Source: Octopus bimaculoides (taxonomy: Eukaryota). Taken from it: a stretch of DNA of 41,477 bases. Each line of letters begins with the position of its first letter. The stretch's first letter is position 1. Below are positions 1 to 10,405 of this stretch, piece by piece. A program made the position numbers and the translations under genes. The stretch lies in the NCBI RefSeq assembly GCF_001194135.2, contig NC_068987.1, forward strand, positions 2,761,806 through 2,803,282. Reading direction: 5' to 3'. The notes under the pieces are model-generated. The model did not search any database and had not been told where the DNA came from. It worked only from the letters and a program-made list of their open reading frames with translations.

Positions 1-64
<64 letters not shown>

Positions 65-82
65 ATACATATGTATATATAT
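1..82. repeat. (TA)n microsatellite
   Basis: Direct TA dinucleotide array with occasional CA. Confidence 0.95.
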
Positions 83-204
83 GATACATATTATCTCCAA
101 GGTTAGGGTTAGGGTAAGCAAGAGCATTGTTGAAGATGAGGAGGGCCTTGAGAGGAAGACCATTCTCCAGAAGGTACTTTTTCACAGCTGGTTCGAAGAC
201 TTTG

Positions 205-458
205 ACGCTTTGACTGGCTTCCGTGCAGGTGGCACATAAAAAGCACCATCCGATCGTGATCGATGCCACCTCCTCTGGCCCCCGTGCCGGTGGCATGTAA
301 AAAGTACCCACTACACTCTTGGAGTGGTTGGCATTAGGAAGGGCATCCAGCTTTAGAAACTTTGCCAGATCAGATTGGAGCCTGATGAAGCCTCTTGGCT
401 TCCCAGACCCCAGTCAAACCGTCCAACCCATGCCAGCATGGAAAATGGATGTTAAACA

Positions 459-491
<33 letters not shown>
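205..491 (+). mobile_element. SINE family A with (ATG)n tail
   Basis: Core GGAGTGGTTGGCATTAGGAAGGGCATCCAGC; 3' end CCAACCCATGCCAGCATGGAAAATGGATGTTAAA then (ATG)n at 459-491. The same ends recur at 5386, 14477, 18120 and 22745. Confidence 0.85.
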
Positions 492-595
492 TATACTACT
501 GGTATCTTTGTCACCCAACAACACCGGACATGCACTTCGCCACCCCTCAACCCCAAAACACTAACACATGACCATGTCAGAGTTTACAGTAAAGT

Positions 596-614
596 CTGCA
601 GCTAGGTGGCGCTA
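596..614 (+). promoter_or_regulatory. CTCF-like motif
   Basis: CTGCAGCTAGGTGGCGCTA matches the CCASYAGRKGGCRS core except at the second C; single motif, no functional support. Confidence 0.3.
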
Positions 615-978
615 AGGTATAGCAGAAACCTCAGTGGTATCAGACATATGGAGAGAGTGTGATGCCAGATGGGAGATAACCTAAGGGTCCCTTAACCACC
701 ACAACGGGCTCTGGTTGGACCCTTCCAACAACAATAACTTCTTGTGATTATTATATTAAGACAGGTGATGGCTGTGGTGTTGCAATATGTACAGGTGAGA
801 GACTAATGAAGATCAGAAAGAGGGGAGAGGTGAGAGGATAAGACTGTGCGAGAGAGGGGGCAGAGAAACTGTATTGTGTGTGAGAGTGTATAGCTGTGTA
901 ACTGTGTACATATCTGTAAGTGTATGAGTGTGTAATATGATCCTGAAGTAGGTGTTTTTAGGGAGTTCTGTATGTATA

Positions 979-1014
<36 letters not shown>

Positions 1015-1080
1015 CATATATATATAGATACACATATATACACTCATACATACATGCATACACACAGAGACATACGCACA

Positions 1081-1124
<44 letters not shown>

Positions 1125-1461
1125 GAAGACCACCATAAACAGTAAGGAGTTACTTTCAAAACTCTCTGAATAGGTAACAGAAGTGAGACAGGTAAGGTAC
1201 AGTGTGGAGGTGTGTGTGGAGGTGTGTGGTATAGTATACACGCACAACTACAGACTAAAAGCTGCAAATGTGTGCATGCATGTCTATACAATAGTGAATG
1301 TGTGTGAGAAAGAAGGGGGGGGGCAGAGGGCGGTGGGAGGAGGAGAGAGAAATATTACTGTGGTGTCTAATGAGGGACAAACTGTAAAGAGAGAGATTAA
1401 AAAGTGTAGGACAGAGGTTCAATCTATGCTGGCACAGAACAGCAGTGTGGCTAATTGAGGT

Positions 1462-1496
<35 letters not shown>

Positions 1497-1527
1497 TTCA
1501 CAGGGTTAGGGAGGGGCACACTGCAGT

Positions 1528-1640
1528 GGTGGCACTCTTTCTGTTACGATAACGAGGGTTCTAGTTGACCTGATCAATGGAACAGCCTGCTCGTGAAATT
1601 AATGTGCAAGTGGCTGAGTACTCCACAGATACATGTACAC
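1528..1640 (-). mobile_element. SINE family C, 3' fragment
   Basis: GAGGGTTCTAGTTGACCTGATCAATGGAACAGCCTGCTCGTGAAATTAA matches copies at 7903-8220, 28553-28680 and 32538-32705. Confidence 0.8.
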
Positions 1641-1757
1641 TCACAAGGCTTTAGTCGGCCCGAGGCTGTAGTAGAAGACACTTGCCCAAGGTGCCATGCA
1701 GTGGGACTGAACCCAGAACCATGTGGTTGGTAAGCAAGCTACTTACCACAAAGCCAC
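1641..1757 (-). mobile_element. SINE family B, 5' half (tRNA-like head)
   Basis: Reverse strand reads GTGGCTTTGTGGTAAGTAGCTTGCTTACCAACCACATGGTTCTGGGTTCAGTCCC, with A/B-box-like motifs; matches 15657-15845. Confidence 0.85.
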
Positions 1758-1805
<48 letters not shown>

Positions 1806-1907
1806 GGAGTAAGCACATGAAATGTGCAACAAGGTGGAAAAAAGAGTACTCAAATACCAGAGGTAGAGTAATATGCTTTATTTAAAAGCAGCAGAAATAT
1901 AACAAAA

Positions 1908-1951
1908 AAACCGTTACTCTGAGTTTCATGTTCCCATTCATCGGACAGTTT
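1908..1951 (-). ncRNA. Variant type I hammerhead ribozyme (U4C core)
   Basis: AAACUGU-CCGAUGA-AUG GGAA CAU-GAA-ACU CAG AGU-A-ACGGUUU: 7-bp stem I, 3-bp stem II with GNRA loop, 3-bp stem III, GUA site. Confidence 0.55.
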
Positions 1952-1957
1952 TGTTAG

Positions 1958-2001
1958 AAACTGTCCGATGAACAGGAACGTGAAACTCAGAGTAACGGTT
2001 T
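1958..2001 (+). ncRNA. Variant type I hammerhead ribozyme (U4C core)
   Basis: AAACUGU-CCGAUGA-ACA GGAA CGU-GAA-ACU CAG AGU-A-ACGGUUU; one stem II mismatch; predicted cleavage after A1994. Confidence 0.5.
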
Positions 2002-2145
2002 TTTTGTTATATTTCTGCTGCTTTTAAATAAAGTATATATATATATATATATACATACATATATATATATACATAGTTTAAATTTACAGAAAACAAGAGA
2101 AAAACAGGTGTGGAAACAACAAGCAGGTGTATTAGTGTATGCGTG

Positions 2146-2192
<47 letters not shown>

Positions 2193-3659
2193 AGAGAGAG
2201 AGAGGAGCAAGAGGAGGGGAGAGAGACAAACAGACAGAAACAGACACACATATATCTATATATATATGTATATACACACACAGATATACACATACACACA
2301 TGTGAATATATATACATACACATATCTACATAAATAATCAAAACAAGATCCAACACATACAACTATCTCTTACCAGAATGTACCTCACTACCTTGGCCTT
2401 TCCCCATGCCCACCCAACCTCACCATTTCCTTCCTTCCTCCCTCCCTCCCACTGTTACCAAATCTCAAAGAAATATTTGACCCAATATTAAGCAAAACAT
2501 TTTCAAATGCAAAACAAAAGAAATGCTTCCACCAACGAATGTTGTTCTATCAGAAGATGTTTTATTCAACAAATTGTTGTTGTTGTTGGTGTCGCAGCCG
2601 CCGCCACCATCTGGAGTAACTTGTGCAGTCATGTATCTTTGGGTTATTTGTAAATACTACCACCATCACCACCATGAAGTCAACCATGTAGTTATATATT
2701 TATATCCGGGTACCCAATTGGGGCCATATTTAATTAAAAATACCAACCTATATATATATATATATATATATATAATACATATGTGTATATATAATACATA
2801 TTATTTTCAAGGAATCATTTCTGTGCAATAATGTGAGAAACAGAGTGATACCGAAACGATTCTAACTAACAGTGAAGTTGTGCCATAATCAATGTTTGTC
2901 TTTTTTTTCTTGTATTCTACAAACACAAAGAAGAGAAAATTGAAAAGTCTTCATCTGCACCCGTTTCATTCTTTGTAACTTTCATTTGTTCCAATCATGA
3001 CACCACTCATTCCACAACCTCAATAAACTAACCACCACCACCGCCGCCGCCATTGCCCCCCTGGCATTTCTTATAATCCTGTTTCAGTAGATTTCCTTAC
3101 TGTAGTGGTAGTGGTAGTAATAGTAACAACAGTGATGGTGGTGGGAGTGGTGATGGGTGGAGGTAATGGTGGAAGTATAGAAGGAGTAGTCCTTCCCCCA
3201 ACACCTGCTCCCTCTCCATCACTACCATTATCCCACAACAATCCATACTCCACCACCACCACCACCACCACCACCCCTTTCCTTTTCTTCTCTTCACAAG
3301 TGAAGAAGACAATAACCAAGTCCAGAACTGACACACATCAACCAGCACCTCCCCTCCATCCACCCTCTAACCACCTCCACCCTTATTTCTACTAAAACAC
3401 ACATGAACACCCCCAAACAGCAGTACCACCCCGCTCCCTCACTCCCTACCTTTATTATGAAATAGTTGTTGACTGCCTGGCTGGGTGCCCCACCCCTGTC
3501 CTCACCTCTAACACAGTACCAACCATGGTCCCTTGTGTGTGCAGGGGTGGGGATGGGGTTTCTGTCTTTACAAGACACTCTTCATGGGTCAGCACACATA
3601 CAGCAACCCCCCTCCACCCTCTTCCCACCCTTTCTTTGGGCCTTAGGGACATCATCATG

Positions 3660-3790
3660 TGTGATGGCCACCACATGGAACGTTTCTACTCTGCCATCTC
3701 AACAACCCTCATGCATAGGAAACAGATATGGAGAGACACGATGAGACAGTTGATATACTTTGCCTAGAACTTGCACTGTGAGACATTCCA
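3660..3790 (+). pseudogene. Possible RTE-type LINE endonuclease N-terminal remnant
   Basis: MATTWNVSTL...RYGETR resembles the APE motif TWNVRTL...ETR; short and decayed. Confidence 0.3.
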
Positions 3791-3902
3791 GCTGTCAACT
3801 GGAGGGTCATATTCCCCATGCCGCAGCAGCAGAAGGAAGCAACATGGAGGTTATCAGAAAATATCCAAGTTCTTCAGGCCAGCCTTCTGTAATTCATGCA
3901 GG

Positions 3903-4250
3903 GTAAAGACCCATTCCACCCCTTGGTCATGAACGACCTAGGAATTGCAACTGGAAAGTTCACCTCCAAAGCACAAGTCCGAGCAAGGTTGTTTTTATGG
4001 AAGACCAGCAGTCGCCCATGCACACCACCCTCCCCTCTCCACACCACTGATGTTATCCAAGGGAAAGGCAAAGGGGCCGATACAGCTTGGCACCAGTGAT
4101 GTCGCAACTCATTTCTACAGCTGAGTGAACTGGAGGAACATGAAATAAAGTGTCTTGCTCAAGAACACAACACACAGCCCGGTCTGGGAATCGAACTCAC
4201 TACCTCATGCTTGTGAGCTTGATGCTCTAACCACTGAGCCATGGGCCTTG
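3903..4250 (-). mobile_element. tRNA-derived SINE family G, near full length
   Basis: Reverse-strand head with TGGCTCAGTGG (A box) and GAGTTCGATTCC (B box), then GTGTTCTTGAGCAAGACACTTT and a distinct 3' body. Confidence 0.85.
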
Positions 4251-4259
4251 AACGACATA

Positions 4260-4396
4260 AGCGGCATGGAGAGAGGAGGCTGGTATGCATGGGCGACTGC
4301 TGGCCTTCCATAAACAACCCTGCCCGGACTTGTGCCTTGGAGAGTAACTTTCTAGGTGCAGTCCCATGGTCATTCATGACCGAAATAGGTCTTTAC
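4260..4396 (+). mobile_element. SINE family G 3' fragment, inverted relative to 3903-4047
   Basis: Reverse complement aligns with 3903-4047 (GGAAGACCAGCAGTCGCCCATGCA shared). Confidence 0.85.
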
Positions 4397-4414
4397 TCTT
4401 TACCTTAATGCTAA

Positions 4415-4960
4415 CACAGGTGATATAGGTAATACAGGTGATACAAGTACTAGATGCAGTTATATACAGGTGTTATAGGTAAATATAAGTGTTACAAGTA
4501 GGAACATAGAAATGCAATTAGAGACAAGTGTTGCAGGTATGTAAGAGATGTTACCATAGCATAAAGGTAATGCAGGTGAATAGAGTTAGTTACAGGTGAC
4601 ACAGAGGTAGATAGTTAGTTACTAATAGACACCAGCATTACAGGTAGATAGTTAGTTACTAATAGACACCAGCATTACAGGTAGATAGAGTGAGATACAG
4701 GTTGACAGAGGAGTTATGAGTAGGCACAGGTGTTGCAAGTGGTATAGACACTACAGGTAGACACAGAGAATACAGGTGTTAGAAATAGCTAGAGATGCTA
4801 CAGCTAGAGACAGAAGTTATAAGCAGAAGTAGTTAGATGACATAGGTGATACCAGTGATACAAGGTGTTACAGGTAAAGTCAGACACAGGCATTAGAAGT
4901 ATTATAGTTAGAAGGAAAAGTTAGAGATATATACAGGTGCTATAGGTAGATACAGGTGTT
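4415..4960. repeat. Degenerate CAGGT-core minisatellite including a perfect 37-bp tandem duplication (4605-4688)
   Basis: Recurrent ACAGGT(G/A); AGGTAGATAGTTAGTTACTAATAGACACCAGCATTAC occurs twice in tandem. Confidence 0.8.
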
Positions 4961-5385
4961 AAATGTAAGGGAGACTCTATCTGAGAGCTTTCCTCCTACT
5001 AGCAACTATTTTCAGAGCGAACCACATTCATTAAATAATGTACTAATTGCAGGTAATGTGGACTATCATGTTAAGACAAGAGTGAAAGAAATGAAACAAC
5101 AGAGATTTAACTCTGGAAGGAACTCACAGAAGCTTGTGACTCATTCACAAAGAAGGTGAAAATAACAGAGAGAGAGAGAAGAGGTATTTGTGACCAGTTT
5201 TACAGAGTGGAGATAGGAGGGGGTGTGTGTGTGTGTGTATTTGATGGAAGCATATGTCAGGTGTGCGTGAGCGTGTAGGTAATATATGTAAGTAGTTTGT
5301 GTGTTGTAATACCTGGAATGTGCATGTGTGAGTGTGTAGAAACTATGTGGTATATTTTTGCCATGTATATATATATATATATATA

Positions 5386-5465
5386 TATCATCATCATCAT
5401 CGTTTAACGTCCACTTTCCAAGCTGGCATGAGTGGGACGGTTTGACAGCAGCCAGCCAGGTAGAA
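5386..5465 (-). mobile_element. SINE family A 3' tail
   Basis: (CAT)n-CGTTTAACGTCCACTTTCCAAGCTGGCATG. Confidence 0.8.
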
Positions 5466-5664
5466 GCCTACACCAGGGAGATTCAGCGTGGCACAAAGTA
5501 TAACAAGGCTGGCCCCCTTTGAATTACAAGTACTACTCATTTTTGCCAGCTGAGTAAAGTGAAATAAAGTGTCTTGCTCAAGGACACAACACGTCACCGG
5601 GAATTGAACTCACGACCTTACAATCGTGAGTCAAATACCCTAACCACTAAGCTATGCGCCTTCA
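5466..5664 (-). mobile_element. SINE family C, head and central part
   Basis: GAAATAAAGTGTCTTGCTCAAGGACACAAC plus tRNA-like head (GGGAATTGAACTC...CTAACCACTAAGCTA on +). Confidence 0.85.
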
Positions 5665-5669
5665 CATAC

Positions 5670-5718
<49 letters not shown>

Positions 5719-6309
5719 ATTACATGAGAAATGATGAAGTTTTAAAGAGGAACCTCACTGGCCTACATCCTGTTGGAGGTGCTGGGGAGGAGTAGAAGAG
5801 GGGCAGAACTGAATAAATGAGCAGAAGATTAAAGAAAGATTTTGGTTACTCAATAAACATTGAAACCACCACCACCACCACCACCACCATGCAACAACAT
5901 GCATCAGAAAAGAAAAAAAATACTGTCTGTCCTCTCCCTTTTCCTCATAAAGGGGTCAGTCCACTAAAACCCTATATTCCCTCCTCTCCATGGTACATAC
6001 AGATGGATGCAGATTCACAAACTGTGATGTGTGTGTGTGGATATACCTGCTAACACACGTGGAGATGGAGCGACATACAAACACACAGATCTATATTGAC
6101 ACACATCGACATAAGAAATACACAAACACACACAAGTGTACAGTCATGTGTGTAGAGGGGGTGGGTGAGGAAGAGAGAGGATTGGAGAAAAGGGGGGAGC
6201 ATAAGGGAGAGAGAGAGAGAGAGACAAAAAGAGGGTGAAAAGGGGGGATGGGGAGCAAAGCAGAGGGGTCGGTGGGGACAGAGAAGGGTTCTATTGTGGA
6301 ATGTAAGCA

Positions 6310-6370
<61 letters not shown>

Positions 6371-6837
6371 GTGATGCTGAAAAAGGAGCAGCTGCAAGAC
6401 TGAGTGGTTAAAGCTCAGCAGGTAACTATGACAACAGGAGAAGGGGAGGGGGGGCTCTTGTAAGAAAGGAGGAGTGGGTGGAAGAGGAGGGGTGCTAGGG
6501 TAGAACAGAGTTGGGATGTAAAGCTGAGGGTGGGTGGAGTGGAGTGGAATAGAGTGTGGTAGGGGAGGTGGAAGGGAGTCGACCAACTTCCCTGGGATTT
6601 GAACTCAGAATGTAGAAGAAAGATGGACGTAGTAACTATGGCAAGACATTGTGATGGCTGCTCTACCAATTCTACCAGATATTGGTTGTTGTTGTTGTTT
6701 TACTTCAGCTTCATCTGTCACCATGGAAACAGATATAAATGCTGTTGGTGGTTATGATGATGGTAGGGGTGATATCGGTGATAGCGAGGATTATGTTTAT
6801 GTGTATCCACGTATGCATATATATATATATATATACA

Positions 6838-7062
6838 TTTTTTAAACTTGTTTCAGTCATTTGACTACAGCCATGCTGGAGCACCGCCTTTCGCTGAACA
6901 AATCAATCCCAGGACTTATTCTTCGTAAGCCTAGTACTTATTCTATCGGTCTCTTTTGCCAAACCGCTAAGTTTCAAAGACATAAACACACCAAAGGCCA
7001 CAGCTCCTCAGTGTGCCACACAGTAGGACTGAACCCAGAACCATGTGGTTGCAAAATGAACT
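6838..7062 (-). mobile_element. SINE family B with internal deletion
   Basis: TTGTTTCAGTCATTTGACTACAGCCATGCTGGAGCACCGCC tail and GGACTGAACCCAGAACCATGTGGTT head. Confidence 0.85.
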
Positions 7063-7149
7063 GGAATATTAGAATCATGTCAGTGTTGTTTGTCTGTGTC
7101 CTCCATGTTACCATGGAAACACACACAACCATCATCATAACAATGACTG

Positions 7150-7312
7150 TTGCCAGCCCTTATCCAACAGATGTACAATCAAAGACGTTCCAACCCTGAC
7201 CATCCCGTCTCATGCATTCAAACATTCTGTCTTGGACTGTATCTTGCTTTAAGTCAGTACAGTGCGATTCGAGGGAGATTTGGCTGTTACTTCTAGCAGG
7301 TCACATAAATGT
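7150..7312 (-). mobile_element. Interspersed repeat family F
   Basis: GAGGGAGATTTGGCTGTTACTTCTAGCAGG and CCATCCCGTC segments are shared, in reverse, with 11620-11812, 23385-23546 and 26100-26280. Confidence 0.6.
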
Positions 7313-7324
7313 AGAGGCTTCGTT

Positions 7325-7468
7325 ATGATGGTGATGATGGTGGCGAAGATGGTGGTGGTGGTGGTGGTGATGGTGGTGGTGGTGGTGGTGGTGATGGTGG
7401 TGGTGGTGGTGGTGGTGATGGTGGTGGTGGTGGTGGTGCTGATGCTGATGGTGGTGGTGGTGATGATG
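7325..7468. repeat. (GGT)n/(GAT) trinucleotide microsatellite
   Basis: GAT(GGT)5-6 higher-order array; explains the poly-V, poly-H, poly-T and poly-P ORFs. Confidence 0.95.
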
Positions 7469-7684
7469 AATAAGATAAAAAAAGGAAAAGCAAAACAGAA
7501 AACAAAAGAGTATGTGAGAAGGGGAGGGGGGATAGAACGTTGGAAGGAGGCGGGAAGGGGAGTAGTAGAAGAATGAGAGAGGGGAAGAGGAAGAGGGAAA
7601 AAATTTAGAAAGATTATAGAGAGAGGAAAGGGTTGAGGGAGGAGGAAGAGGAGAGCCTGACAAGGAGTTACAACACAGATCAAC

Positions 7685-7719
<35 letters not shown>

Positions 7720-7902
7720 AAGTAGTATCTGTAAATAGAATGACCTGTAACAGTGAACTATATTTTGTAATAAATAGAGACTGCAAGGAAGAGGGAGGGG
7801 TGCAGAGAGAGAGAAAGAAAGGCACAAAGAGAGAGAGAGAGAGAGAGAAGCAAAAGGAAAGTGTATTTAGCAGCTGGACTGCTGCCCAAACACTTTGCTA
7901 AA

Positions 7903-8220
7903 CTGGCACTCCACTGGTTATGACGACGAGGGTCCCAGTTGATCCGATCAATAGAACAGCCTACTTGCGAAATTAACATGAGAGTGACTGAGTACTCCAC
8001 AGACATGAGTAGCCTTGACGTAGTTCTCGGGGAGGATCAGCATGAAACAGGGTGTGATAAGGTTGGACCTTTGAAATACGAGTACAATTCATTTTTGCCA
8101 GTTGAGTGGACAGGAGCAACTTGAAATAAAGTGTCTTGCTCAAGAACACAATGTACCACTGGGAATTGAACCTATGATCTTATGGTCATGAGCCAAAAAG
8201 CCTAACCATTAAGCCACATA
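7903..8220 (-). mobile_element. tRNA-derived SINE family C, near full length
   Basis: Reverse-strand head TGTGGCTTAATGGTTAGG...GGTTCAATTCCC, central GTGTTCTTGAGCAAGACACTT, and the family C 3' body. Confidence 0.85.
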
Positions 8221-8254
8221 GTTTCCCTTGAAACACTTCAGAAGTGTGTGAAGG

Positions 8255-8690
8255 AAAGAAGCTATTTCGTCCTTCAGACATAACTAATCAAGTCCGTGCT
8301 ACACCTGACCAGGATTCTTTGCCAGTTCCTCTGCTAATACCTGTCTCAATGTCCAGAACATCCCCCACCCCACAGGATGCAATTCCTCTATTTGTGCCAC
8401 TACGTTTCTGCGGTGCCTCCAAGAATTGTCATTTACTGCAGAAATAAAAAATGTCAACTCTGTGACTTACTGGACACGGGTAACACCGGTGAGATTGAGG
8501 TGGCATAGTGGCCGAACAATTCAAGGGACCCTATTGGTCATTTAGCAACACAAGACCACTTTGGCCTGTCGTGTGTCCTTACACCTCTTCTCTGACCACC
8601 CCTAACTGCGTTTTACCCTTGAAGATATTTACTGTACACCATGAATCTCCCAACTCGTTTCATGAACAACAATGTTCTGGCTTAATAAGG
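8255..8690 (+). pseudogene. Decayed Penelope-like GIY-YIG endonuclease fragment
   Basis: Frameshifted segments FRPSDITNQVRA, PGFF...TC, VIYCRNKKCQL and a terminal GL(N)-like motif resemble PLE endonuclease C-termini. Confidence 0.4.
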
Positions 8691-9247
8691 GCCACTTAAC
8701 TGAGAGGGGCAATAATAGCATCTTCCTCTAATAACACAACCTGTTCCCCTTTCCCCCCAATACATCCAAACACCAATAAACACTTTGATGTGCCCTTTAA
8801 TCACATCTCCACACACACACACACACACTCAGAAGCCACCCTCTCACACAGTATGGTTTCTTCATACCAGACAGTAGCAAGTTACATCAACCTTTAGACT
8901 TACAACAAACCTACACACTCGCACATTCTCATACACACTTCCCTACACACACACACACACGTAACATGTTTCCACACTCACTAAGATCAATTTTAAACCG
9001 CTTTCTAAGCATTTCAATACTTTTAATTTACTTACCTCCCTTCTCTTTTCCTCTTAGTTAGAAAACACCAAAATACACAATTCCATCCTTCCATCCTTTC
9101 ACCCTGCCTTTGCTATAAACAACACCTTTTTCGTTTCCTTTACATAAGTCTTTTTCCTCTCCTCTGTCCTTGACTGTCCAAAAATGGTGAATTATCCTCT
9201 CACCTTTCCTCACAACACAATCATATACTTTGTATCAGGTAAACTTT

Positions 9248-9565
9248 TAATCTTTTACTCGTTTCAGTCATTAGACTGTGGCCATGCTGGGGCACCACCT
9301 TCAAGAATTTTAGGCAAATGACTCAACCCATCACTTATTTTCTAAAACCTGATATGTATTCTATCATTTTTTTTGCTGAACTGCTAAGTTATGAGGACAT
9401 AAACACACCGACACCAGTTGCCAGACAGTGGTGAGGGACAAACACAGACACAAAGACACACACATAGCCCAAAACCATAGTAGAAGACACTCGCCTAAGT
9501 TGCCACACATTGGGACTGAACCTGGAATCATGTGGTTGGGAAACAAATTTCGTACCACACAGCAG
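9248..9565 (-). mobile_element. SINE family B
   Basis: Family B tail, body and head present; CpGs decayed (GACTGTGGCC, CTGAACTGCTAAG). Confidence 0.85.
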
Positions 9566-9651
9566 TGCAAAAAGAAAAAATTGAGAAATGCAAAATAAAA
9601 GGGAGTAAGTTTTAAAAAAGTGATATTTGTATAATGCTTGAAAGAAAGAGT

Positions 9652-9687
9652 CTTTGACGTTTCAGACACTGGTTCTTCATCAGAAAA
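9652..9687 (-). ncRNA. Minimal type I hammerhead ribozyme motif (PLE family P2)
   Basis: UUUU-CUGAUGA-AGA ACCAGUG UCU-GAAAC-GUC-AAAG: canonical core, 3-bp stem II, palindromic ACGU in place of stem III, 4-bp stem I. Confidence 0.55.
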
Positions 9688-9696
9688 GTAAAGAAG

Positions 9697-10083
9697 GTGG
9701 GGCCCAGGTAGAATTTTCTTTGGGTCAAGTAACCCATCCTGCTCATAAGATCCCTGAATAAGGTTTGTTTAAGGATGTTGAGCAAAACACCCATGTTTCC
9801 AAAGGTGAATTATCCAAACCTCAAAGAATTCCTCTAAACACATGGCTATGATGCTACCCCACTACTTCTGCTCATGATCAGAGATGCACATATCGTCAGC
9901 CACCAAGGGACATGCTCAACTGGTTAAGGTCAAACAACTGACAAGCAAATCTGTGGTATTGAGCAGAATATTTGCTGCAGCCCATCTTTTATACCAAAAC
10001 AAAACAATGTACATGGTAACATTTCCAATCAGTTAAGATCAGAAGCCATGAGAGCCACTGCCTGGTACTGCATCAGGGCATTT
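9697..10083 (-). mobile_element. Unclassified interspersed repeat ending at an (ATT)n array
   Basis: Recognised from memory as a common octopus repeat (reverse starts AATGCCCTGATGCAGTACCAGGCAGTGGC); no second copy in the window. Confidence 0.45.
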
Positions 10084-10405
10084 ATTATTGTTATTATTAT
10101 TATTAATAGTAGTAGTAGTAGTATTATCATTATTATTAGCAATAGCAATGATGGTGGTTGTTATTGCTAAAACTAGGGATGCTGCTGCTGCTGTTGTTGC
10201 TGTTAGCAGTAGTAGTGATGATGGGTTTTCTTCCCCAGTCCTCTGCCACTCCCATTCTTCTGACAGGCCCCCACCCTTGCTCCTTCATCAACCAAGCCAC
10301 CCCATTAACCCACTTACAATCAATTCTGCAGTATGGCACAGCATTACAGCCAAACAGAGCCAATGCACCATCAATTTAATAAGAGAACCAGCTGCCAACA
10401 ATGTC

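Larger units (their letters stand above)
1804..2036. mobile_element. Penelope-like element terminus (family P1) forming a palindrome
   Basis: Arms 1876-1951 and 1958-2033 are near-perfect reverse complements around loop TGTTAG. Each arm carries an HHR-like motif and a downstream AATAAA. The PLE assignment is inferred from the HHR and poly(A)-signal layout. Confidence 0.65.

Noticed and set aside
101-116. Two TTAGGG units
   Set aside because: Too short to call interstitial telomeric sequence.
382-388. CTGATGA inside SINE A
   Set aside because: Mutated from the family's CTGGTGC (compare 14569-14580); no stem II or GAAA.
3465-3555. Possible HDV-like ribozyme upstream of the RTE remnant (CCACCCC/GGGGTGG, TCCTCAC loop)
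   Set aside because: P1 and J4/2 cannot be formed convincingly.
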